Shown here piece after piece: positions 7,444-17,518 of a stretch of 34,771 nt of DNA. A program made the position numbers and the translations under genes. This DNA is from a virus. Lineage: Duplodnaviria; Caudoviricetes. Below the pieces are notes generated by a model. The model had not been told where the DNA came from and searched no databases. It saw only the letters and a program-made list of their open reading frames with translations. Numbering within the stretch: the stretch's first letter is position 1; each line of letters opens with the position of its first letter. The DNA lies in IMG/VR virus record IMGVR_UViG_3300017910_000227, positions 1 through 34,771 of that record; one strand, given 5' to 3'.

Positions 7444-8525
7444 CAGTCGTTCTCCATATCAGCAATACGCTGTTCAAGCTGTTCAATCTTACGGTGTGCA
7501 TCTTGCAGTGCCGACACAAGAATGGGTGTAATGCGGCCATAATCCATTGACATCATGTCATTGTGTTCATTTGTCGATACCGCTTCTGGCATTACTTCTG
7601 CCATCTCCTGAGCGATAAAACCCATACTGCGTGGCTCATCAGGGAAGGCTTTCCAAGTATACGACACAGGGTTCATCGCCATCAGTTTATCTGTTGCAAC
7701 CAATGGCTCTATGTTCTCTTTGAGGCGACGGTCAGATGTTGTGTGATAAGTAGTGCCTGAGCCAGTGACCGATATCGCACCGACACTAGAACTTCCTGTA
7801 AAAAACCCGATTAGGTTACCGCCTGTTGTTCGGTTGAAAAATGCCGCTTGAGTATTATTCCCAGAAACTTCAAGTTGAGCAGCAGGTTTGTATGAGAAAC
7901 CACCCGCAATGTTGCTTTGTGCAACTGTGCCGTTTGTTGTTCCAAACGAAATATGCTCACCACCAGCGTCTAGGAAAAACATATTCGCATTAGCGTTGCT
8001 CTCAACACGGAAGTCACTATCAATACTGTCTTCGTTGAAGGATACCTCACTACTTGTAATCTTCATACGATTACGCATCGTGCTTGCAACAGATGTTGTG
8101 ATCTGAAGCTGCGTGTCTACTGCACCTTGAGAAGCATCCTCCAAGTTACTTTGAAGGATCGCGCTTTCAACCATATTGCCAGCATCATCATCCACCAACC
8201 AGCGCACTCGGCCAAGAATATCACCGTCAGCCGGTGAGCCGCTGTCGCGTCGCAAGTCAAGCTGGGGGCCGATATTATTGTCAGCATCTGTTGATTTAAG
8301 TGTGAGTTGTGTGGTGTTGTCGGCGGTGGTGATTGTCGCCGCGCCGTCAACCGTCAGGCCGCTGATTGCATCCGTGCCATCTGAGAAGTTTTTCAGATGG
8401 GTCATCTGCTCCCTGAGGGCGTTATTGACGGCACTGGGGAGCATTCCCTCATCGATGTTGATCCCGCCGATGTCCGTGTTTGAGGCGTTGGTCGCGGAGT
8501 AATCTGTAAGTTTGTCTTTAGCCAC
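7443..8525 (-). CDS. Tail fibre 2 with C-terminal intramolecular chaperone (peptidase S74-like)
   Basis: TTSDRRLKENI...GFIAQE...PEAV...DY..L..ALQ chaperone signature; N-terminus paralogous to 8526-9743. Confidence 0.85.
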   Translation of the reverse strand: MAKDKLTDYSATNASNTDIGGINIDEGMLPSAVNNALREQMTHLKNFSDGTDAISGLTVDGAATITTADNTTQLTLKSTDADNNIGPQLDLRRDSGSPADGDILGRVRWLVDDDAGNMVESAILQSNLEDASQGAVDTQLQITTSVASTMRNRMKITSSEVSFNEDSIDSDFRVESNANANMFFLDAGGEHISFGTTNGTVAQSNIAGGFSYKPAAQLEVSGNNTQAAFFNRTTGGNLIGFFTGSSSVGAISVTGSGTTYHTTSDRRLKENIEPLVATDKLMAMNPVSYTWKAFPDEPRSMGFIAQEMAEVMPEAVSTNEHNDMMSMDYGRITPILVSALQDAHRKIEQLEQRIADMEND

Positions 8526-9743
8526 TTATGCCTCCAGTGCGGTCACGCGCGCCTTGAGCGCAGTCATTTCGATTTCGAGGGTTTCGATCTTGGCAATAGC
8601 TTCTTGCAGTGCGCCGGTCAGCAGCGGCACTAGCTTGCTCTGGTCGATGCCCTGCATGACTGCGTTGCCGTCGTCATCGACTTCATCCTTAGTGCCGGTC
8701 ACAGCCTCTGGCACAACAGCTTGCGCCTCGTGGGCTAGGAAGCCGTCAACCGTTCTGTCGGCGTCTGCGATGAAGTTAAACCGCTTGGGTGCCAGTGCCT
8801 TCACACGGGTGATTGCGCCGGTCATGTCGGCTACGTTTTCTTTGAGGCGGTGGTCGGATGAGGTGTTGTAAGCAGTTGATGAGCCGCTAGTCTGTATTGT
8901 TCCAACGAGGCCATTCGGGTTCTTAAACACGATAGCATTATGCGTTGCCGTGTTATTGCTTTCCCAAGCTGCGCCAGAATTAGTGTAACTGTATTTCACA
9001 TTTAATCTGGAAGCCGTATCAAGGTTTGTTGCAGTACCAAGCAGCAAGTTGCCGCTGCTGTCAATTCTGACCTTCTCGCTCCCTCCTACTTTAAATATAT
9101 GAGAGCCAGTCCCGCCGCCTTCTGTGTCCTGTGCATCGTAAACCGCGTCAGCATCGTTTTGACCACTGCCGTTTTGTGCGCTTGTAATTTTAAGGCCACG
9201 ATTAGCTGTGCCTGTAACTATGACAGATTGACTAAATGTTGCATCGCCAGCTTGGGCAATAGTTAGAGGCGTAACAAATCCACTTGCTCTGTCGTCGTTG
9301 CAGGTCAAAACATTAAAGTCGCCACCACTAACTTGAAACCCCCAGAACTGGTCGTTTGCGCTTGCGTCGGTGTCTTGCAAAAATAGTTGCGTGTTACCTG
9401 TAGACTTGAAAACAGAAGCGTTCGCGTGGGTGGATGTCGTCGCCTCTATCGCGGCAGGGACGGCGACCTTGCCTGTGCCATTCGGATCGAGCGTAATGTC
9501 GCCGTTTGTGTCCGTGCTGCTGATGGTGTTGCCGTCGATGCGGATGTTGTCCACGTCGAGCCGGTCTGCCGCTGGCGTCTCAAGATTGACCGCGCCGGTG
9601 CTGACGTTCTTTAGATCAGTCATCAATTCCCTGAGAGCATTATTTATCCCAGATGCGGCGCAGCCCTCCGAGATGTCCACTGACTGAATGTCAGTGTTAT
9701 TCCCAGAAGTCGCATCAAAGTCGCGGATCGAATTCTTTGCCAT
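8526..9743 (-). CDS. Tail fibre 1 with C-terminal intramolecular chaperone (peptidase S74-like)
   Basis: TSSDHRLKENV...GFLAHE...PEAVTG...DQSKLVPLLTGALQE plus a coiled coil; RIDSSGNLLLG fibre repeat. Confidence 0.85.
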   Translation of the reverse strand: MAKNSIRDFDATSGNNTDIQSVDISEGCAASGINNALRELMTDLKNVSTGAVNLETPAADRLDVDNIRIDGNTISSTDTNGDITLDPNGTGKVAVPAAIEATTSTHANASVFKSTGNTQLFLQDTDASANDQFWGFQVSGGDFNVLTCNDDRASGFVTPLTIAQAGDATFSQSVIVTGTANRGLKITSAQNGSGQNDADAVYDAQDTEGGGTGSHIFKVGGSEKVRIDSSGNLLLGTATNLDTASRLNVKYSYTNSGAAWESNNTATHNAIVFKNPNGLVGTIQTSGSSTAYNTSSDHRLKENVADMTGAITRVKALAPKRFNFIADADRTVDGFLAHEAQAVVPEAVTGTKDEVDDDGNAVMQGIDQSKLVPLLTGALQEAIAKIETLEIEMTALKARVTALEA

Positions 9744-9799
9744 CAGGTTGTTCCTTCTTCAGCGTTTGTGCAGTTTAACACGGCATGGAAGTTATCGCA

Positions 9800-11560
9800 C
9801 TATGGGGTCACGCGCGTCATAGATGCGCCGCCGTCGGTGATAGCGTAGGTGACCGGACGACCGAGGCGGTCGGTGATCGTCTCGTAACGGATGCCCGGCT
9901 CAGGGATGCGCGCCTCTCCGGTGCCGGGCAGCATGCCTGCCTCGGCGGGAGATGCGCCCAGCAAGTTAGCTTGCGCTGGAGGACCGCCTGAAGCCCCCAG
10001 AAGGCCAGCCGTTGCTGGCGAGCGCATGCCTGCGCTTATGGCAGGTAGCAAGCCCACGTCCTTACCTCCCATAAGCGGAACCCTAGAAGGCACCGTAACC
10101 CCGCCGGTCACGGCTTGGCCGAAGGGGGTGTAAACAGCTTTTCCAACCCCGAGACCTGCGCCAGTGAGGACAGGGTCAAGATATCCGCCGCCACCCATCA
10201 GAAGGACAGACGATGTCCTCAAGGGTGCGCTTTCCGGCACTTTTGACCCGAGCGTCTCCACAGCAGTTTCGGCAAAATCTTGAAGTCGGCCTTCTCCTTT
10301 TGCGAGGCGCGAAAGCCCGGCAGCGCCCAGCTTTTTTTCCTGTCTGCGGATCGCCGACAAAAGTTGGCTGGGTGAAAACATGCTATCCGTAGCCCCCGCC
10401 GCAGCTTCGCGGATGGGGTAGTACATGGAATAAGATTGATTGACCTTGGTCAGCTTCTCAGCCTTGGCCGGGAACTGCTGCGCAACAATCTCCAGAAGCT
10501 CCGCGTCAAGCTCTCTGAGAGCCTCGCCGAGAGACTTTTGATACGCATCAGTGGAGCGAGAAAAGCCTGCGGAGATCGGGCCTAAAGACGACTGAGCTTC
10601 TTTGATTGCCACCCCTGAAAGCCGGTTGTTGACGGTCCTGTTGATGATTTGGTCAATGACAAACTTCTCTAGCTGCTCAGCTTGCTGAGGCAGCAGCCTA
10701 GCTTTATAGGGCTCAATCAGCTTCGTGATCTGGTCAATGACCTCGTCGGTCACCTCTATGTCAACTCCCTCAAGGGCGTCGTCATAAGCCTGATTAAATA
10801 TTATTTGCGCCTGTTCGGCGGCCTTTCTTGGGTCGGTGTTGGGCTTGATTTTTTTGCCAATAGGATCAAGCGCCTCGTTGTAGGCAGCCGTGGCAAACCG
10901 CTGGACGGCCCTAAGCCTAGTCGGCCCAATCATCTCGCCGGTTACCGGCAGCTTGGACAGCCCCTCTTCTATCCTTCCGAGCGCGCCGCCGAACCTCTGC
11001 CCTATAGACAGGGGGATGCCTCTCTGCATCAGTTTCTTCGCCGCGTCTGTCACCGCCGGGGCCATCTTTGTCCCCGCATAACCTAACGTCCCGCCAAGGA
11101 TCATAGAGGCTGGAATGTCCGCTTTTGTCTCGGCTGCCCCAGCGCCATACAGCGCCCCACCGGCCATTCCCCTTGTGGCAGGCGTGGTAACCTGCATGCC
11201 CTTCTGCGCCACCTTTGCGAGGCCGGGAACTTTAGACGCAATCTTCAGCAGGCCGCCCGGCGTCATAATCGCCGCGCCGATCTCAAGGCCGAAGGACAGG
11301 AAGGGGTTCTCGCCGCGAAACTTTGCAAGCTCAGCGTTCGTCGCCTTCTTCGCCTCTTCGTATGTCTGGTCGCCAAGGACGCTGCGGACATACGCCTCAG
11401 CCTCGTCAGCAAACCCGAAGGTGATGCCCTGACCAATCGAGCGCGCAACGCCAGTGGCGAAGCTGACTGCGTCCCAGTCCTTTTTCGGTGCCGCCTCTGC
11501 TGCGTCCTCGTCTAGGCCAAGGCGCTCGATCTCTTCCTGTGTCGCTTTTCTTGTCGCCAT
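9800..11560 (-). CDS. Putative internal virion / DNA ejection protein
   Basis: 586 aa, Ala/Gly-rich, with GQGITFGFADE motif; lies between the nozzle and the fibres as in podoviruses. Confidence 0.6.
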   Translation of the reverse strand: MATRKATQEEIERLGLDEDAAEAAPKKDWDAVSFATGVARSIGQGITFGFADEAEAYVRSVLGDQTYEEAKKATNAELAKFRGENPFLSFGLEIGAAIMTPGGLLKIASKVPGLAKVAQKGMQVTTPATRGMAGGALYGAGAAETKADIPASMILGGTLGYAGTKMAPAVTDAAKKLMQRGIPLSIGQRFGGALGRIEEGLSKLPVTGEMIGPTRLRAVQRFATAAYNEALDPIGKKIKPNTDPRKAAEQAQIIFNQAYDDALEGVDIEVTDEVIDQITKLIEPYKARLLPQQAEQLEKFVIDQIINRTVNNRLSGVAIKEAQSSLGPISAGFSRSTDAYQKSLGEALRELDAELLEIVAQQFPAKAEKLTKVNQSYSMYYPIREAAAGATDSMFSPSQLLSAIRRQEKKLGAAGLSRLAKGEGRLQDFAETAVETLGSKVPESAPLRTSSVLLMGGGGYLDPVLTGAGLGVGKAVYTPFGQAVTGGVTVPSRVPLMGGKDVGLLPAISAGMRSPATAGLLGASGGPPAQANLLGASPAEAGMLPGTGEARIPEPGIRYETITDRLGRPVTYAITDGGASMTRVTP

Positions 11561-12883
11561 TTAATCGTCCACCGCTATAATGTCGCCATTTGGGGTTCTG
11601 TAATAAGACGTGCCGCCGCTGCGCTTAAGAAATGTGGACCCCGGCGGGATGCCAGTTTCTTCCGCCTCGCCGAAAAGAATTTTGTAGGCCGGTCCAGACT
11701 GGGCGATCATGCTCTTAAGCGCGCGCTCACGCGCCAAGCGCTTTTGCTTGACAACCTCTGGCCCCTCTCCCGGCTGTGGGAAATATTTGCGGTCCTCTTT
11801 TTCAAATTCTGTTGCACCGATCGCTGCACCCGACTCTTTACGCAGGACTGCGGTGATGAAGTCAGTTTTCGCCGCCATATATCTCTGGCCCTCTGCCGTC
11901 GATGCAAAGCCAGAGACAGAGCGCGGCAGGTTGCTTGCAATATAATCTTGGAAGTTTGTCGGGTCATAGCCAGCATCGGTCAACTCGTTGAAAATCATAA
12001 GACTGGCGTCCATTCGATTGGCAAATCCGGCGGAAGCATTCTGCCCTTCAGTGAACTTGGCGGACGTCTGACCGATAACTTCCTCACTATCAACAAACCC
12101 TTCGGGACGATGGAACGCCGACATATCCTGACCCGGAACCCTTACAACGGTTGTGCCTGCATCCGTCTCTCTAGTTTCAGTCCTCGGCTTTGACAGATAG
12201 CCATAGGCGAAGCGGTAAAGTTGCTCCTCTTGCGCTGAGGCTTTCCCGCTTTCCATTTTAGAGTTTAAGTTCAGCAGCGTGTTCATCGACTGCGCCGTCA
12301 TGCTTGTGCCAGCAAACGGCCCTTGATTTTGTATTTTTGCGGCCTTAATCCCGAGGTCGGCGGTTTTGTATGCAAGGTCAAGATCAAACTCCCGCTGCTT
12401 CATATCAGCAGCCCGTTGCGCCGTAGTGGCGTCCGTATAAGCCTTGAGGCCAGCCGCGCCCATCCGCGCCAGACCTTGACCCAGCGAGGTCGGTTGCAGC
12501 GAGGGGCCGCCGTATTCAAGGCCGGTCAGCGCCGCAGCCGCGATGCCTTGGCCGGTCGGCGAAGTCAGAGGCTGGCGGAAGGCGTCAGCCATAGTCCTCG
12601 GCGCTGCCGGAAGGCGAGGGCTGCGCGGGATCATTGAGCCGCGCATTGCGGCTTGCTCCAGCGGCATCACCACGCGGGGCGCAGGGCGCTGCTGATCGCG
12701 ATACGCGGAAAGCTGCGCCGCGTCCATAGCCGCCGCAGGAACAACGCCGGATGGCGTTGTGTAGGGCATCGTGCGTCGCAGCGTGACGTTGGGCGCTGGC
12801 GGCTCCAGCAGATCGAGAAAACGCTGCGCCTCATTTGGACGCTGGAAGGCGAGAAGTCCGGGCCGTGTCATCTGATGTCTCAT
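11561..12883 (-). CDS. Putative internal virion / DNA ejection protein
   Basis: 440 aa; C-terminal FITAVLRKESGAAI...E...YFPQPGE motif; position in the ejection cluster. Confidence 0.6.
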   Translation of the reverse strand: MRHQMTRPGLLAFQRPNEAQRFLDLLEPPAPNVTLRRTMPYTTPSGVVPAAAMDAAQLSAYRDQQRPAPRVVMPLEQAAMRGSMIPRSPRLPAAPRTMADAFRQPLTSPTGQGIAAAALTGLEYGGPSLQPTSLGQGLARMGAAGLKAYTDATTAQRAADMKQREFDLDLAYKTADLGIKAAKIQNQGPFAGTSMTAQSMNTLLNLNSKMESGKASAQEEQLYRFAYGYLSKPRTETRETDAGTTVVRVPGQDMSAFHRPEGFVDSEEVIGQTSAKFTEGQNASAGFANRMDASLMIFNELTDAGYDPTNFQDYIASNLPRSVSGFASTAEGQRYMAAKTDFITAVLRKESGAAIGATEFEKEDRKYFPQPGEGPEVVKQKRLARERALKSMIAQSGPAYKILFGEAEETGIPPGSTFLKRSGGTSYYRTPNGDIIAVDD

Positions 12884-12886
12884 GTA

Positions 12887-13630
12887 TTACCCCAACAATC
12901 CTGCTAGAGCGCCGAGACCGGCGCCTGCGCCCATGCCCAAGCCGGGAACCATTCCCGCAAGCTGAGCGCCGCCCAGAGCGCCGCCAAGCGCAGAGAGAGC
13001 AGGCTGGCGATAGACCGGCTGGATCGTCTGACCGCCGACCGTGCCGCCTGCAACCGTTGCCATGTAATCCGCAAGGGCAGCGCGCGGCGCCTCTTGCTCG
13101 AACTGAAAGCGCTGGATGTTGGCCGCAAGCTCTGCCGCGTCCTGAGCCTCTCTGGCAGCGCCAACCTGCGCCAGCGTCTCAAGATCAGCCTGACCAAACT
13201 GGCGAGCCGCAGGGGCCTGAGCGATGGCCGCCTGTTGCGCCCGAAGCGCTATCGGCGCAAGCGCCTGCCCCAGAGCCGCCTGCTGGTAGCCGGAGCCGTA
13301 TCGCCCTGCCTTGGACGCCTCGGCCTGTACGGCCTCGATGGCGGGGCGGAAGGCCGCAGCCATCAGAGGGTTAGTGCCGGTGAGGTTTTGCATCACCACG
13401 TCCTGAACGGCCCCGATGAAGGGTGAGCCGGTCACGGCTTGCTGCCGCAAGCCAGACAGCGCCATCTCTGTCTCCGGCGCAAAGCCGATGGTGGTCGAGC
13501 CGGGAAAGAACTGTTGCGGAGTTCCGTATAGTTCTTTCGCCTCGGAAAGACCGAACTCCAGAAACGGCTGCGCGTAGTCTGGCGCGCCGGTGCTTGTCAC
13601 TTGCCTTGTCGTGCCGCCGCCTTTACTCAT
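12887..13630 (-). CDS. Putative DNA transfer / pilot protein
   Basis: MSKGGG start, Gln/Ala-rich, Gly-rich hydrophobic C-terminus (glycine-zipper-like). Confidence 0.6.
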   Translation of the reverse strand: MSKGGGTTRQVTSTGAPDYAQPFLEFGLSEAKELYGTPQQFFPGSTTIGFAPETEMALSGLRQQAVTGSPFIGAVQDVVMQNLTGTNPLMAAAFRPAIEAVQAEASKAGRYGSGYQQAALGQALAPIALRAQQAAIAQAPAARQFGQADLETLAQVGAAREAQDAAELAANIQRFQFEQEAPRAALADYMATVAGGTVGGQTIQPVYRQPALSALGGALGGAQLAGMVPGLGMGAGAGLGALAGLLG

Positions 13631-14033
13631 CTTTGAAATCCCTCATCAATACCACCGCGCTCTGCTGGTAGTTTTCAAGTTTACGAGACCAACCCCGTCG
13701 CCCGATGATCTCCATCCCGTCGCAACCTAGCGTCTTGGCCCACGCGGCGATTGCAACTTCCGCTTCTACTAGCTCGTCAAGATCGCCACCCGCCAGCCAA
13801 ATCCGACACATTGCCTTCTGCGGATAGTCAACTATCTCTGTGACTATAGCAGACTTATCCAGCGGAAAGAACTGGGCCTTGCCCTCTGACACAGCAAGCA
13901 TCACATCTTGTATCGTATGAGACCCGTTCGCGTATTCGAGCGCGTCCTCAATGTACTTTCTGCACCTGACCCACGCATCAGCCGATAATGAGGTAGGCGA
14001 ACTCTTGGGTGCTTCCGTGGCTCTTGTGTCCAA
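13623..14033 (-). CDS. GNAT-like virion assembly protein
   Basis: WLAGGDL..L...AWAKTLGC...IIGRRGW pattern; position equivalent to T7 gp13. Start uncertain (56-nt overlap with the upstream gene). Confidence 0.55.
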   Translation of the reverse strand: MDTRATEAPKSSPTSLSADAWVRCRKYIEDALEYANGSHTIQDVMLAVSEGKAQFFPLDKSAIVTEIVDYPQKAMCRIWLAGGDLDELVEAEVAIAAWAKTLGCDGMEIIGRRGWSRKLENYQQSAVVLMRDFKDE

Positions 14034-14295
14034 TCTTCATCGTCCCGTCTGTTGATGTTGATTTGATAAACGGCTGATGGTTCTCAGGAGACCCATTGAT
14101 TGCGGTAAAAAACACCACGCTTTCTTTTGAGAAGCGCGGGTCTGTTTTTGTTGTTTCAGTGGCGCTTGCCGAAAGCGTCACATAATCCCAGCTATTCAGG
14201 CCGCCACTAATCGTGCGGTTCAAAAGCTCTGCAACCTCGCGGGTAGTCGCGAGGATCGGATTGAGGATGCGAAAGTTTGCCTTGCGCGTTGTCAT
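13978..14295 (-). CDS. Hypothetical virion protein
   Basis: 105 aa, ATGA-coupled to the nozzle gene. Confidence 0.7.
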   Translation of the reverse strand: MTTRKANFRILNPILATTREVAELLNRTISGGLNSWDYVTLSASATETTKTDPRFSKESVVFFTAINGSPENHQPFIKSTSTDGTMKIGHKSHGSTQEFAYLIIG

Positions 14296-15752
14296 CGCCT
14301 GCCTATCTGCCTCGCCTCAACATCCATGCCTTGCGCGAAAGACCACTGACCGCTCAAGTTCATTCGCGCTCGATGGTATCGGCCCTGCGCCCGGAACGGC
14401 GCAAACCCATCAGTGCTCGGCGCCTGCGCCGTGGTAAACGTGACCTCGTCAGAGTGCAGGCCGCGCGTGCCGATCTGCACCGTCACTGTGCCATCTTCGT
14501 GATACGGATAGACGCGCGTGACCATATTGAACCTGCCGGTCGCAAGCCCTGCTTCACTGGTCTCGATGGTCGCGGCGAGAGGGTCGCCTGTAAACGTGAA
14601 TATCTTGTTGCCCTGAGCGCCGCCGAAGATGAACTGGCCGCCTTTATATAGCGCGCTGTCGAGCGAAGCTGGTAGCGCGTCGATGCTGGTGTTTACAGTG
14701 TCTAGCTGTTCGAGGGTATAGGCAGGGGTAAACATCGGCGCAATTAAGCCAGCACTAACATTTGCAATCGACCAGCGCCCGATGGCGTAGTTGTAGATCA
14801 GCAGCTTGTCGGGCTTGGCGTCGGTGCTGTTGTTCGACACATACGACCAGACTGCAATCTGGTTCTGAGGATCGACGCTAGATGTCATCCTGTCCTTGTG
14901 TGCGATATTAAAATCTTTAAAGAAAAATTTGTCTACCTTCTCCGCCCCGATGTTCTGAGACCGTTGGCCGTCAAACGCATAGAAGCCGTCGTCGGACAGA
15001 TAAAAGACAGTGTGACCGATATTGCAGATTGACCCCGGCACCTGACAGCCGCGCGCCGTCTCGACCTTGTCAAACTGGAAGATTAGCGGCGGACCCGAGT
15101 AGGTGGCGCGGACAATCGCGCGCTCCATCAGGATCGTGCAGTATTCACCGCCGATCATGCCGGTCACGTTGCCTGCGTCGGGGATGTCTTGGAAGTCAGA
15201 CTGATCCGTGCCAGCGGTCCAGCTTGTGATGTCGTTAAAGCCCGACCACTGAACGCGAAACGGCAAGCGATTGCCCGACCCATCATCAACATTGCCAAGC
15301 CACACGAAATCGCGCACGACCGCAATGAAATCACCGTCAGGCGGAGAGCCGCCCAGATCGGCAAACAGGCTGCTGGTGCCGAGCGTATAGCGCTGGGGCG
15401 GCACGCCAATGCCGCCAACCGCGATCACGTCCTTGCCGAACTGCACGAAGCGCCAGCGCTCTTCCGGCGCAGTCAACGTGTAGTTGCCGGACTTTGAGAT
15501 GTTGTCGAGGCCGCTATCACTGCTGTCGAATTGATACAGCTTTGTGGTGTCACCAGCGAATAGCTTGACGTTTCCGCTGTTATCTTTTGCGGCGAAGACG
15601 CCATTAATATCCGCGTCAGCCGCACCAGAGTAGGCGACGAAATCGGGCAGGCTGCGATAGCCTCCGGCCGCAGGGATCACGTTCTCGGCGCGCGTTACGC
15701 CGGGGTTTGAATAGTCGGGCTGATCGGGCAGCCATTCGCCAAACTGTATCAT
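14292..15752 (-). CDS. Tail nozzle / tail tubular protein B-like
   Basis: 486 aa, beta-propeller-like, MIQFGEWLPDQP start; lies after the adaptor genes. Confidence 0.7.
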   Translation of the reverse strand: MIQFGEWLPDQPDYSNPGVTRAENVIPAAGGYRSLPDFVAYSGAADADINGVFAAKDNSGNVKLFAGDTTKLYQFDSSDSGLDNISKSGNYTLTAPEERWRFVQFGKDVIAVGGIGVPPQRYTLGTSSLFADLGGSPPDGDFIAVVRDFVWLGNVDDGSGNRLPFRVQWSGFNDITSWTAGTDQSDFQDIPDAGNVTGMIGGEYCTILMERAIVRATYSGPPLIFQFDKVETARGCQVPGSICNIGHTVFYLSDDGFYAFDGQRSQNIGAEKVDKFFFKDFNIAHKDRMTSSVDPQNQIAVWSYVSNNSTDAKPDKLLIYNYAIGRWSIANVSAGLIAPMFTPAYTLEQLDTVNTSIDALPASLDSALYKGGQFIFGGAQGNKIFTFTGDPLAATIETSEAGLATGRFNMVTRVYPYHEDGTVTVQIGTRGLHSDEVTFTTAQAPSTDGFAPFRAQGRYHRARMNLSGQWSFAQGMDVEARQIGRR

Positions 15753-16477
15753 TGCGTGTGCCAGACCTCGCTGCCTGTAGTTACCGTCGCCCAGACCTCA
15801 GAGCCTACTGCGACGTTTGTCCATGTCTCAGTGCCGTCAGCGATCTCTGTCCAATCCTCACCAAGCACCTTGCCGCTCATTGTAGCAGAGAGCGCCACGT
15901 CTGCGGAACCTGCTGCTACAAAAACGCCCACAGAAGCCGCTGTGGCGGCCATAGAGATGTCAGCGCTACCAGCAGTGGTAAACACCAGCACATACGACCC
16001 TGCGGCCGCCATAGAGGCGCTGGCGGCACCTTCTACGCCTCGGATGCGGTCGCTGTCAGATGTGGCAGTGATCGCGACGCTGGCGGCGCCTTCCATGTGT
16101 GCGATGAAGGCGGCAGTCGCCGACACGGCTGCTGCGCCGGTCACTGATGCGTCAACGCCGCGCTCGCGGAAGCTGCCGGAGGTCGCCGACATAGAGACCG
16201 ACACAGAGGCGTCGAACTCAATCGGGGAGGTGGCCTGCGCCGTCGCGGTGATCGCCATCGCCGCACTTCCGGCAACGGAGAAGAAGTCGAAGCTCAGGTT
16301 GTCAAGATTGCCAAAGGCGTCAGCATTGTCGAGACTGCCGACAATGCTGTCTAGCTCTTCAAGGGTTGGCTCTTTGGTGAAGTCGGCACGAAGCAGGTCA
16401 GCATCGGTATCAAGCGACCCGACGAAGGCGTCAATGGAGCCAGTTAGCTGATCGAGGGTCGGCTTCGTGATTGCCAC
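15749..16477 (-). CDS. Ala/Ser-rich structural protein
   Basis: 242 aa; repeated G.A.(V/I)(S/A)(M/I).AT units and three WT(E/N)-type repeats at the C-terminus. Confidence 0.7.
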   Translation of the reverse strand: MAITKPTLDQLTGSIDAFVGSLDTDADLLRADFTKEPTLEELDSIVGSLDNADAFGNLDNLSFDFFSVAGSAAMAITATAQATSPIEFDASVSVSMSATSGSFRERGVDASVTGAAAVSATAAFIAHMEGAASVAITATSDSDRIRGVEGAASASMAAAGSYVLVFTTAGSADISMAATAASVGVFVAAGSADVALSATMSGKVLGEDWTEIADGTETWTNVAVGSEVWATVTTGSEVWHTQ

Positions 16478-16486
16478 AACATCACC

Positions 16487-16873
16487 TTATGCTGCGGTGA
16501 CGTCGAGATCACCTGCTGAGATTTTTAGAACGTCGCCCGATGCGATTGTCTTCGCCGTGGTAAACGCGCCGTGGATAAGCAGGTTCCCAGAAGACGCCGC
16601 ATCGAAGATGCCAAAATGGCTGACACTGCCCCACGTTCCTGTCGCTGCCGCGAACTCAATCGCCGCAGTGTTGTCAGTCGTGCCACCAGAAGCCGCATCA
16701 AACGCAGCAGACACGCGACTGTAGTTGTTGCCGGTCAGTTCTGTGCCGCTGTTGTCATCACCAAATGACCCAGTCGAAAGACCGATATAGACCGTTGATG
16801 GATGGGTATATGCTGTTGTGCCGAGAACATGATCAAGGATTTTGTTCTCTAAGTAATCGCTCATTGCAGACAT
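16487..16873 (-). CDS. Virion structural protein (tail/decoration)
   Basis: MSAMSDYLENKILDHVLG...WGSVSHFGIFDAASSGNLL, a common phage structural family. Confidence 0.7.
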   Translation of the reverse strand: MSAMSDYLENKILDHVLGTTAYTHPSTVYIGLSTGSFGDDNSGTELTGNNYSRVSAAFDAASGGTTDNTAAIEFAAATGTWGSVSHFGIFDAASSGNLLIHGAFTTAKTIASGDVLKISAGDLDVTAA

Positions 16874-17518
16874 CTAGCTCTCCACTGCTGCGTTCTGGCG
16901 CGCGTAAATGCTGCTGATTTGCAGCGACCCCGTGCCGTAGTGTGCGCGCTGCTCGTCAACCTTGATCTGTTCGAGCGCAAGATTGAAGCGTTGCATATAC
17001 TGAGCAGCACGCTGTTCATCGAGAAGGTAAGCATACGCCTCTGCGAGTGATCCGTATAGGTAGGCATCGGGAGAGCGGCTCAGGATATTGTTCGTGGCGT
17101 TGCTGTCAGACAGGGCCACAATCGAGCCGATGTAGATGATCTCGGCCGTATAACCGCTATCCGGCACTGGGCGCATCTTCATCTCGTCGCCAACAATGCT
17201 GAAGCCGAGAGGCTTGCCAGTGCCGCCAGACGAGAACTTCTCGTCAAGCGCGACCGGGCTGTAGTAGGTGAGCACCGTGATCGGCGTTGTGTTCAGCTTG
17301 ACTTCGCGAACTTCCCGCAAGTCTGTCGGCAGCGCAATGTACTCGTCGCCTGATGTAAGCGTTGCGGTGGCGCGCTTCTCCTGAGACCGCGTCTCAAGCT
17401 CGCGAGACATCGTTGCCTCGGCAAGCTGGATAAAGTCGGGGATTACGCTGGTCAGGTCATCGCGAGCTAGGAAGTTCGCGATAGCTGTTTTCAGTTCACT
17501 GTAGGTCGAGATAGCCAT
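16874..17518 (-). CDS. Head-tail adaptor (tail tubular protein A-like)
   Basis: MAISTYSELKTAIANFLARDDL...FIQLAEA...PDAYLYGSL; lies after the capsid gene. Confidence 0.75.
   Translation of the reverse strand: MAISTYSELKTAIANFLARDDLTSVIPDFIQLAEATMSRELETRSQEKRATATLTSGDEYIALPTDLREVREVKLNTTPITVLTYYSPVALDEKFSSGGTGKPLGFSIVGDEMKMRPVPDSGYTAEIIYIGSIVALSDSNATNNILSRSPDAYLYGSLAEAYAYLLDEQRAAQYMQRFNLALEQIKVDEQRAHYGTGSLQISSIYARQNAAVES

Noticed and set aside
7096-9743. Diversity-generating retroelement acting on the fibres
   Set aside because: No reverse transcriptase and no template/variable repeat pair differing at adenines was seen.
9744-9799. Possible internal promoter for the tail fibre genes (minus-strand TG-T-TAAACT)
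   Set aside because: An extended -10-like element is present, but there is no clear -35 and no second copy to support it.
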